Part shown: piece by piece, positions 15,663 to 23,437 of the stretch
Layout: the number at the start of each line of letters is the position of its first letter
Numbering within the stretch: the stretch's first letter is position 1
IMG/VR virus record: IMGVR_UViG_3300013131_000002
Coordinates: 1 to 64,000 of that record
Direction: 5' to 3' (one strand)
DNA: 64,000 bases
From: a virus
Notes under the pieces: generated by a model
The model's database searches: none
Told to the model about the DNA's origin: nothing
What the model saw: the letters and a program-made list of their open reading frames with translations, nothing else
Position numbers and translations under genes: made by a program

Positions 15663-15977
15663 ATGATTACAACAATCGTAATTTTATCAATAGTAGTGGT
15701 AGTGCTACTATTTGTCGTGCTTATTGCATCTAATGCAACTCAAAGACTTATCAGAGAGATTAAGTATCTAGAAGATATTCTTGAAGCTAAAAACGATGCT
15801 TTGAGTGGTTATTTAGAAGCTTATCAAGAACAGGTTGATGCAAATGCTGATCTTAGGTATGCTCTTCATGCATTTAAAAGCACTAAAAAACCTGTAGGTC
15901 GTCCTAAAGGCTCTAAGAACAAGGTTGTTAAGCCTAAGTTTGATAAGCAGAAGTTTAACGATAAATACGGGAAGTAA
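15663..15977 (+). CDS. Membrane-anchored coiled-coil protein with AT-hook-like tail
   Basis: N-terminal TM, coiled coil, KKPVGRPKGSKNK. Confidence 0.7.
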   Translation: MITTIVILSIVVVVLLFVVLIASNATQRLIREIKYLEDILEAKNDALSGYLEAYQEQVDANADLRYALHAFKSTKKPVGRPKGSKNKVVKPKFDKQKFNDKYGK

Positions 15978-16162
15978 TGCCTGATATTACAATGTGTAAG
16001 GGGAGTGACTGTCCCCTTGCTTCTACCTGTTACAGACATACAGCTAAGTCAAACCCTTATCGACAAGCTTATTTTTATGCCCCACCTTGGGATGAAGAAA
16101 CTAAGAATTGTGATTACTATTTACCTAACGAAAAAATCGACGTAAAATCAGATGACAAATGA
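15977..16162 (+). CDS. Small Cys-rich phage protein
   Basis: MPDITMCKGSDCPLASTCYR...RQAYF...CDYY. Confidence 0.75.
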   Translation: MPDITMCKGSDCPLASTCYRHTAKSNPYRQAYFYAPPWDEETKNCDYYLPNEKIDVKSDDK

Positions 16163-16722
16163 CAAAGAAAAAATCGAAAACAATTTACTCAGCTCGTCGG
16201 AGACAGCAAATCTTACCTATGATAGAATCTTTAAAGGATTCCTCGATAGAATTGAAGAAGTCACAAGACCCTCTGGACATAGCAGAGATGATGTTCAAGA
16301 TAGTTGAGCATTTATTTGTTATTCCGAGAGAAGAGTTCTTAAATGAAGGTAGAGCTAGAGATCACGTTATTAGACGTTGTTTGATAGCTAATCTTATTGG
16401 AACTTTTACAGACATCAGAGATTACAAGATTGGTGAGCTTCTAGGACGTGATAGAACGACTATTCTTCACATGTTTAGAGTTCATGATGATTTAATTTAT
16501 TCTGACAAAGTTTATAAAGACTGGTTTGAAAGAGCTTCAAGTTTGTATGCTAGATCTAATTACTTCCCTAAGGTTGATAATGTAACGATGGATAGTATCA
16601 TCGAAAAGATTATCAAAATCAACGAAGATGTGGAAGAATTAAATGCCATGTTAGGTAATCTACTAGTTAACACAAAATCACTTAAAGATGTCTCAACTAC
16701 AGACCAAGCTCTTACAGATTAA
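16159..16722 (+). CDS. DnaA C-terminal (domain IV)-like HTH protein
   Basis: GRARDHVIRR...KIGELLGRDRTTILH resembles the DnaA signature IG..FGGRDHTTVLH. Confidence 0.7.
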   Translation: MTKKKSKTIYSARRRQQILPMIESLKDSSIELKKSQDPLDIAEMMFKIVEHLFVIPREEFLNEGRARDHVIRRCLIANLIGTFTDIRDYKIGELLGRDRTTILHMFRVHDDLIYSDKVYKDWFERASSLYARSNYFPKVDNVTMDSIIEKIIKINEDVEELNAMLGNLLVNTKSLKDVSTTDQALTD

Positions 16723-17887
16723 AGATCAAGAGCAAAAGAAAGCATTGACTGCTTGGAAGGATGCAGACTACATAGGCACTGTTATAGCCGGTACAGGATT
16801 CGGAAAGAGTCGTGTTGGAGTAATTGCCTGTGGAGCTATGATTCGTAAACATGGAGGTAGAGGATTAGTCTTGGTCCCTACCAATCAGCTGCAAGACCAA
16901 TTTGAAGAAGAGTTCAAGAAGTGGAGTTATGAAGATGTGTTAGAGAGTGTAGACATTCTCTGCTATGCATCAGCTCATAAACTACGAGATAAATCTTACA
17001 CTGTTACAATAGCAGATGAGGTGCATCTTGGTTTGTCCCCAATCTATCGTGAAGTGTTTCTTCAAAATGACCACAAAAGACTTCTTTGTATGACTGCCAC
17101 TGCCCCAGAGGAAGAGGAGTATGAAGAAGTTCTTGATGAGATAGCCCCAACGGTCTATACCATCACCCTAGATGAATGTGTACAGAAAGGACTAGTTGCC
17201 CCTTATTCTATCCATTGCATCCCCGTTCCATTGACTGAAGAAGAGAGAGCTGCTTATAAATCTGCAAACAATGCTTTTGTTCATTATAAGTATCATCTCG
17301 GAATGTACAATGCTTTCGAGGAAGCAGGAAGAATACTTAAGGACCCTAGTGCTTCTCCTGTACAGAAGAAGAATGCAACTTTGTTCTACAAAGCTATTCG
17401 AGATAGGAAGGAAGTCGTACAGAAGGCCCATAACAAAATTCTTTATACTGCACTGATAGCTTCTGCTAAGTCAGATAAGAAAATACTAACGTTTGCCGGA
17501 AGTAATGAATTCACTAACCAAATGCATAGAGAATTGAATGAGTCTAACTGCCCTGCAGCAAGATTCCATTCAGCTCTTGGTAAGAAAGAGAAGGACAAAG
17601 CTCTCAAGGATTTCAAATCAAATGAGGTAAGAATACTGTGTTCTACCAAGGCATTGAATCAAGGATTCGATGTACCAGATGCACAGCTAGGAATCATTTG
17701 TGGCCTTGATAGCAAAGCATTAGCCATGATTCAGAGAGTTGGGAGATTGCTACGACTTAGCCCTAATAAGGTTGGGGAAGTAGTGATACTTTACGTGAAA
17801 GATTCTCAAGAGGAGAAGTGGCTAAGAAGTTCTATCGAAAGTTTATCAAATATAGTTTGGTGTGACGATATTTCTTCTTATATTTGA
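16688..17887 (+). CDS. Superfamily 2 helicase (DEAH/ResIII-like)
   Basis: GTGFGKS, DEVH, MTAT, LNQGFDVP, IQRVGRLLR. Confidence 0.93.
   Translation: MSQLQTKLLQIKDQEQKKALTAWKDADYIGTVIAGTGFGKSRVGVIACGAMIRKHGGRGLVLVPTNQLQDQFEEEFKKWSYEDVLESVDILCYASAHKLRDKSYTVTIADEVHLGLSPIYREVFLQNDHKRLLCMTATAPEEEEYEEVLDEIAPTVYTITLDECVQKGLVAPYSIHCIPVPLTEEERAAYKSANNAFVHYKYHLGMYNAFEEAGRILKDPSASPVQKKNATLFYKAIRDRKEVVQKAHNKILYTALIASAKSDKKILTFAGSNEFTNQMHRELNESNCPAARFHSALGKKEKDKALKDFKSNEVRILCSTKALNQGFDVPDAQLGIICGLDSKALAMIQRVGRLLRLSPNKVGEVVILYVKDSQEEKWLRSSIESLSNIVWCDDISSYI
17856..17886 (+). promoter_or_regulatory. Bacteroidota promoter for the initiator-dnaB operon
   Basis: TTTG-N19-TATATTTG. Confidence 0.8.
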
Positions 17888-17923
17888 ATACGATTACTTA
17901 TAGAAAGTATAACAAAAACTTTT

Positions 17924-18490
17924 ATGATCATTGAAATTGATACAGAGAAGCTGATACAACTAGAGTTGACAGCTGATGAGTTCTTGTTCTTATCTATGCT
18001 TAGTCGTGACCTTGATTCTAGTGACTTAAAGTTAATTGTTGACCGTGAGAGATTGCAAACCAACGGGTGGATTAAACTGGGAGAGGAGGACGAATGTACA
18101 TTGAGAGAAAAATTTAACGACGAATTCTCAACTACAGAAGATGCCATATGGCACGGCCTCCTTTCTCATTATCCACTTAAAGTAATTGCAAGTGGAACGG
18201 TCAGAATCCTTAGAGCTAAAGATCCCAACTCTAAGGCAAATGCTAAAGCTAAAAGTCGTTACCTTAAATACATAGGAAAGAATAAACAAAAGCACGAACA
18301 CGTTATTGAGTGTCTGCAACGAGAGCTCCTATTACGTAGAAAAGGGAATAACTTAGGTTATATGCAACAGCTAGAAACTTGGATTAATAATCACACATGG
18401 GAGAAGTACAGTGATCTAAGTGATGGAGAACAATCCAAATCAAAACCTGAGTCATCAGGCTCAGAAGGTAGAATCACAAGGCAACTTTGA
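17924..18490 (+). CDS. Putative replication initiator/helicase loader
   Basis: wHTH-like N-terminus; W..L..HYP.K and YMQQLETWINNHTWE resemble replisome-organizer C-terminal domains; precedes dnaB. Confidence 0.55.
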   Translation: MIIEIDTEKLIQLELTADEFLFLSMLSRDLDSSDLKLIVDRERLQTNGWIKLGEEDECTLREKFNDEFSTTEDAIWHGLLSHYPLKVIASGTVRILRAKDPNSKANAKAKSRYLKYIGKNKQKHEHVIECLQRELLLRRKGNNLGYMQQLETWINNHTWEKYSDLSDGEQSKSKPESSGSEGRITRQL

Positions 18491-19403
18491 CGATTCGTTA
18501 AAGGAGTTCAGACACATCTCATTATCAGTAGACAAGTCAATCGAAGAAATTAAAGCTGCTCAGAGTGGCTCAAGGATTGTCTTCCCTACTGGATGGCCGA
18601 GATTGAATAAGAACTTGCTTGGTGGACTACAAAAAGGTAAGATGTACGTTATTGCCGGTCGTCCTGGTGTAGGTAAATCTGCATTTTCAAACCAATTAAT
18701 TTTCGACGTGCTCGATAACAACAAAGACAAGAAAGTAATAGTTCTGTACTGGACGTTCGAGATGCCTGACTATCAGCAGATCATGAGAGCTGCATCAAAT
18801 AAGGCACAACTCCAGTTTTCACAGTTATACAGTGTCGACCAAAAGTTATCAGACCAAAATGTTAAGAAGTATGAAGATGCCGTAGACACTTACAGGAAGT
18901 ATCCTATCTTTTTCTGCTCCATTCCACAGAACATGGTGAAGATTAAAGAGATTAACAACAGAGTATTCCAAAGATACCCTGAACACACAATCATTAATCT
19001 TTACGACCATTCGAGATTGATTCTAGGCTCAGAAGACACAGAGCTTCAGAAGCTGAATCAAGTATCGAAGACTTGTATGTGGTTGCAAGCACGAATGGGT
19101 AGTATTTCTATTCTGTTGTCACAGCTAAACAGGAATATCGAGCAAGAGTATCGTGCCAAACAACAGTATCAACCACAGCTTACAGACCTATTCGGTGGTG
19201 ATTCTATTGGGCAAGATGCTCACGTAGTGATGATGCTACAAAGACCATTCGACCTTTACGGTATTACAGATGCTTATTGTGGAGAGGATCCTGAGGGGTT
19301 GTTAGCCTGTCATATCGAGAAGAATCGTGATGGTCAATTGGGTATGATTCCCTACGAAGCTGATTTGTCAACATTCAATTTGACAGAACGTGTTAAAAAG
19401 TAA
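18423..19403 (+). CDS. dnaB: DnaB-like replicative helicase (RecA-fold domain only)
   Basis: TGWPRLN, AGRPGVGKS, FEMP, LSQLNR, SIGQDAHVV, IEKNRDG. Confidence 0.93.
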   Translation: MENNPNQNLSHQAQKVESQGNFDDSLKEFRHISLSVDKSIEEIKAAQSGSRIVFPTGWPRLNKNLLGGLQKGKMYVIAGRPGVGKSAFSNQLIFDVLDNNKDKKVIVLYWTFEMPDYQQIMRAASNKAQLQFSQLYSVDQKLSDQNVKKYEDAVDTYRKYPIFFCSIPQNMVKIKEINNRVFQRYPEHTIINLYDHSRLILGSEDTELQKLNQVSKTCMWLQARMGSISILLSQLNRNIEQEYRAKQQYQPQLTDLFGGDSIGQDAHVVMMLQRPFDLYGITDAYCGEDPEGLLACHIEKNRDGQLGMIPYEADLSTFNLTERVKK

Positions 19404-19426
19404 ACTTATAAGTTAACAAGTAAAGA

Positions 19427-20131
19427 ATGGAGTTAGTACTGCCAACAGAGAAGGTCGCTGCCCTTCGTAAGAGTCCTAGACATATGATTATCTACGGACC
19501 ACCTAAGATAGGTAAAACAACAGCACTTGCTAAACTTGATGGATGTCTTATCATAGACCTAGAGCAAGGGTCGGATATGGTAGAAGCACTGAAAGTTAAA
19601 GCAGCTAGTCTAAAAGAGTTAAGTGAAGTTGGTAAAGCAATTATGAAAGCTGGAAAGCCTTACAAATATATTGCTATCGACACCTTAACTCAGTTAGAAG
19701 TATGGTGTGAAGCAGAGGGTAAAGAGCTCTATCGTCAAACTCCAATGGGTAAGAACTTCGATTCCGATAACAAGGGATTGTCAGTTTTAAGTTTACCTAA
19801 CGGTGCAGGCTATTTGTATTTACGAATGGCTGTAAAGAAGTGGATGGATAGACTAGAGACTTTGTCTGACCACATCATCTACATCGGTCACTTAAAAGAT
19901 AAGCAGATCGAGAAGAAAGGTAAGGAGGTATCAGCTAAAGATTTAGACTTGACTGGTAAGATCCGTAGTATTGCTTGTGCTAACTCAGATGCCATTGGCT
20001 ATGTGTATAGAAACGAGGACAAAACTATGATCTCATTCAATTCATCTGATGATGTCACTGCCGGCTCACGTTGTGAGCATTTAAGAGGTCAAGAGATGGA
20101 GCTTGACTGGAGTAAAATTTATATTGATTAA
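19427..20131 (+). CDS. AAA_24/Sak4-like P-loop ATPase
   Basis: IIYGPPKIGKTT, IIDLEQG, IAIDTLT, SDAIGY. Confidence 0.85.
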   Translation: MELVLPTEKVAALRKSPRHMIIYGPPKIGKTTALAKLDGCLIIDLEQGSDMVEALKVKAASLKELSEVGKAIMKAGKPYKYIAIDTLTQLEVWCEAEGKELYRQTPMGKNFDSDNKGLSVLSLPNGAGYLYLRMAVKKWMDRLETLSDHIIYIGHLKDKQIEKKGKEVSAKDLDLTGKIRSIACANSDAIGYVYRNEDKTMISFNSSDDVTAGSRCEHLRGQEMELDWSKIYID

Positions 20132-20147
20132 TTAAAACTGTAAGAAA

Positions 20148-20507
20148 ATGTCTATAGAGGCAACAATTCAACAAAACCGAACAGTTGCAAATAATGCAAC
20201 AACTGAAGGACCAATCACTTTAACTGTGACTGGAATTATTAACGACTTAAACGATGGCATCGATCGTGAAGGTATTGCAACTAAGTATGGCTTGACTAAA
20301 GCTGAAGTTACTGAGTTGTTCAAGCACCCTAAATTGACTGGCTTACGTGCTCGTAAAAAGATTCCAGTACGTTTTACATTGGTCGATGACACTCTTGTTA
20401 GCAAGTCTAGCCTTAATGAGTTAGAGCAACATGCAGATCCAAACCAAATGGATTTAATGGATGCTATTCAAGAGCATGTAACAACTGAAGAAGCTATCAG
20501 CAACTGA
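20148..20507 (+). CDS. Hypothetical HTH-like protein
   Basis: DLNDGIDREGIATKYGLTKAEVTELFKHPKL. Confidence 0.65.
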   Translation: MSIEATIQQNRTVANNATTEGPITLTVTGIINDLNDGIDREGIATKYGLTKAEVTELFKHPKLTGLRARKKIPVRFTLVDDTLVSKSSLNELEQHADPNQMDLMDAIQEHVTTEEAISN

Positions 20508-20571
20508 GAGTTCCGTCAGCAACAGGACATAGTGTATAAAACTTATTTTTGTTAAATTTAAATTAGATAAA

Positions 20572-21345
20572 ATGGCAATTGAGTCAAACAATTCAGAAGA
20601 AGTAGTAGCAGGTGGTGGTTATCAGTTATATACTGGTATTGCCCCTGTAAGTGTAGTGGCAGTTAACCCTACTCAAGCAGAACTCCAAGCAATTGGAATT
20701 AATGCTAAAGATGAACCAAACTATAGTGTTGAGATCAACAACGAAGAGTACAACAAAGTTGTATTCTATCTTCGTCACGATGATCCTAATGTAACTGTAC
20801 GTTTCGACATCTTGATGAAGCCAGAAGTTCGTACTTCTAAAAGTGGAGACAAGTATATGTGGATTAACAACATCGGTCAGATGACTTGGAGTGCAGACGT
20901 TCCTGCATATGATTGGTGGAAGAACTCTGACACTAGCCGTAAAGCTTATGTTGGAGAGGACACACTTGTTAACTTCACTAAAGCCTGGGCTAACGTTGCT
21001 AACGGTGGCAAGATTAGTTTCGATACTATCGATTCTATTGCTAAAGGTGATGTTAAAGAGTTGAAGGAGTATGTTAAAGCATTAGCTGCTAACAAACTTC
21101 GTGTGTTGATCGGTGTTAAAGATGAGAAGTATCAGACTGTTTATAACCGTCACTTCGGTCGTCTTAAGCCAGCCAACGACAACTTGTTCGTTAAAGCTCT
21201 TAACGAGGATTATGGTTCTTTCAATGCTGAGTACAGCAAAGATCTTAAGTTTGGGGTTTATTCTCCATCGATGATCGTAGCTGATGCTAAGGAAGAGTCT
21301 ACGACTCCTTTCAAAGAAGCTGATGATAAGGACGATTGGATGTAG
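20572..21345 (+). CDS. SSB-like protein
   Basis: LYTGIAPVSVVAVNPT; acidic C-terminal tail DDKDDWM; between Sak4 and primase. Confidence 0.6.
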   Translation: MAIESNNSEEVVAGGGYQLYTGIAPVSVVAVNPTQAELQAIGINAKDEPNYSVEINNEEYNKVVFYLRHDDPNVTVRFDILMKPEVRTSKSGDKYMWINNIGQMTWSADVPAYDWWKNSDTSRKAYVGEDTLVNFTKAWANVANGGKISFDTIDSIAKGDVKELKEYVKALAANKLRVLIGVKDEKYQTVYNRHFGRLKPANDNLFVKALNEDYGSFNAEYSKDLKFGVYSPSMIVADAKEESTTPFKEADDKDDWM

Positions 21346-21360
21346 TTGAAACCTTAACCA

Positions 21361-21402
21361 AAAAAAGTCAGGGGGTTACATATTGTAACCCTCTTTCTTT
21401 TT
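21361..21402 (+). terminator. Rho-independent terminator
   Basis: GGGGGTTACA-TAT-TGTAACCCTC plus T-rich tail. Confidence 0.8.
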
Positions 21403-21416
21403 AATTTAGCCTCCCT

Positions 21417-22400
21417 ATGATTGAATCAAGAAGCAGTGATGCATACTTGCATAAGGATTCTATATTGTGTAGGATATCTGAGTACGACATTTTCAGATAT
21501 TATTGTCACAATTTTAAGAATTTTGGTGACAAGTTTTGCAGTGAGCTAAGAGAGGATAGGTCCCCAACGTGCTCAATTATACCATTCAATGGTAAAGTTC
21601 TTTACAAAGATTTTGGGAGTGGAGATAGCCATGATTGTTTCTCTTATGTACAAGCAAAATTTGGGTTAACATTCTCAGAAGCAATGAGAGTTATTGACAC
21701 TGATTTTGGATTGGGATTGCAGTCAGGTTCTGTTATTAAAAGTCAAGTAGCTATTACGTATGGGAATCAACAGGTTATAGAAAGACGGCCTACCAAACTT
21801 GCAAAACGTGCAAGAAAATGGTCGGAGGAAGATAAAAATTTCTGGAGCCAATTCCACATTTCTAAGAGGTTATTGACTAAATTTGGTGTCGAACCAATTG
21901 ATTATTTTTGGATTAATGAAGCACGTTACCGTTGCCACACTCCTAGTTATGTATATAACATTAATGGTAGTTATAAAATCTACAGACCATTTGAAACAGA
22001 GGGTAAGTGGTATAGCAACACTTCTAAAGATGACATCCAAGGGTGGGAGCAACTAAAAGACAATGGAGACATTGTTATTCTAGCCTCTTCTCTCAAGGAT
22101 GTCATGTGCTTAAATGTATTGGGGTATGAAGCTATTGCTCTACAGAGTGAGATGCAGATGCCTGATGCAACATTAATCAATCAGTTAAGGGAGAGATTTG
22201 AAGTTGTAGCTGTCTTGTATGATAATGATTTTGAGAAAGAGACAAATCCTGGCCAGACAATGGCTAATAAAATTTGCTCTGAGTTCAATCTAATTAACAT
22301 AATTTTGCCAGCCCACTACAAATCGAAAGATATTTCGGATCTGATAAGAGATCATGGGATAGAAGTGGCAGAGAAGATTGTTAAAATTCAATTACCGTAA
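21417..22400 (+). CDS. dnaG: DNA primase (DnaG-like TOPRIM)
   Basis: LREDRSPTC...YKDFGSG...DCF, KIYRP, SSLKDVM, LYDND, KDISD. Confidence 0.88.
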   Translation: MIESRSSDAYLHKDSILCRISEYDIFRYYCHNFKNFGDKFCSELREDRSPTCSIIPFNGKVLYKDFGSGDSHDCFSYVQAKFGLTFSEAMRVIDTDFGLGLQSGSVIKSQVAITYGNQQVIERRPTKLAKRARKWSEEDKNFWSQFHISKRLLTKFGVEPIDYFWINEARYRCHTPSYVYNINGSYKIYRPFETEGKWYSNTSKDDIQGWEQLKDNGDIVILASSLKDVMCLNVLGYEAIALQSEMQMPDATLINQLRERFEVVAVLYDNDFEKETNPGQTMANKICSEFNLINIILPAHYKSKDISDLIRDHGIEVAEKIVKIQLP

Positions 22401-22404
22401 ACCA

Positions 22405-22620
22405 ATGGAGACACCGTATTATACAGACCCTATCGTAAGAACCAGAATAGATGAGATTTTGCAAAAGTGTGCAACTTTATTTTCTAATCTCGGAACTTCG
22501 ACTAACTTTGACGTGCAAACACCACTAAGGGCAAAAGAAACAGAACGTCAATGGCTAAAAGAAATTCAAGAACTAGATCCAACACTGTACGAAAAGCTAG
22601 TACCAAGTCAAGAGGATTAA
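22405..22620 (+). CDS. Hypothetical protein
   Basis: METPYYTDP...; ATG 22405 preferred. Confidence 0.65.
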   Translation: METPYYTDPIVRTRIDEILQKCATLFSNLGTSTNFDVQTPLRAKETERQWLKEIQELDPTLYEKLVPSQED

Positions 22621-23054
22621 CCAAAGGAAAGATTCAAGCAAGACAGAAAGAAGTAGATGGGATTAAGTTCAAATCTATGCTGGAAGTCTTCTGCTACAAG
22701 AAGCTGAAAGAACTCGGAGTAGACTTTACTTACGAAGAGCATTCTTATCAGTTGACTGATGGTTTCTATTATCCTTGTCCAATCTTTGAAACTAAAGGTA
22801 CAAGTAAAGAATTCGTAGATAAGAGTAAGGATAAGATTCGTGGGATTTCTTACACACCAGACTTTGTAAGTCACGATGCAGATGGTAAGCTGCTATGGGT
22901 GATAGAATGTAAAGGTTTTGCTAATGATAGATTTCCAAACACTTGGAAGAACTTCAAGAAGCATCTAATCGATACTGATTCTGTCTGTCCGTTATTCTTA
23001 CCAAAAGATCAAAAACAAGTACTACAGGTGATTCAGCTCATATCTGAGCTATAA
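22551..23054 (+). CDS. PD-(D/E)xK nuclease (DUF1064/endonuclease I-like)
   Basis: VDGIKFKSMLE...YTPDF...IECKG. Confidence 0.85.
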   Translation: MAKRNSRTRSNTVRKASTKSRGLTKGKIQARQKEVDGIKFKSMLEVFCYKKLKELGVDFTYEEHSYQLTDGFYYPCPIFETKGTSKEFVDKSKDKIRGISYTPDFVSHDADGKLLWVIECKGFANDRFPNTWKNFKKHLIDTDSVCPLFLPKDQKQVLQVIQLISEL

Positions 23055-23074
23055 ACCTCAAATTTTTAAGAAAT

Positions 23075-23437
23075 ATGAGCTTAACTATTAATGAAAGCTC
23101 TATGTTTCTTAAACCACAAACTCTTAAAAAGGGAGACTTAATTATTATCTCTATTGGTAGTGGGATACACTATGCTATCTACGATAGTATGAAAGACGAA
23201 AGCAAGATTTATTTCTATCATTTAGGAGGGTCTTGGTGGGAGCATCCTTACCACGATAAAAGAGATAATCAAGATGCTTCATGGCTATATAAAAAGATTA
23301 ACAACCCTGGATTAGGGTCTGTTGACTTTACCAATAGTCATGGAAGTAAGAGAGTGGCCCCTTTACCACAAGAGTGGTGTACTAAGAAACTATTAGAGAT
23401 TCAAAAAGATTACAAAAAAGCTAGAAACTTATTATGA
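23075..23437 (+). CDS. Hypothetical protein
   Basis: 120 aa, ATGA-coupled to rIIA. Confidence 0.7.
   Translation: MSLTINESSMFLKPQTLKKGDLIIISIGSGIHYAIYDSMKDESKIYFYHLGGSWWEHPYHDKRDNQDASWLYKKINNPGLGSVDFTNSHGSKRVAPLPQEWCTKKLLEIQKDYKKARNLL

Noticed and set aside
20501-20555. Possible TGA readthrough with a small hairpin (CTGA/TCAG) after the 119-aa gene
   Set aside because: Only a 4-bp stem and a short 16-codon extension; compatible with chance
12472-22400. Introns or inteins in PolA, DnaB, primase (and TerL)
   Set aside because: Reading frames are continuous and of ordinary length, with no intein-type C...HN junctions or homing endonuclease ORFs
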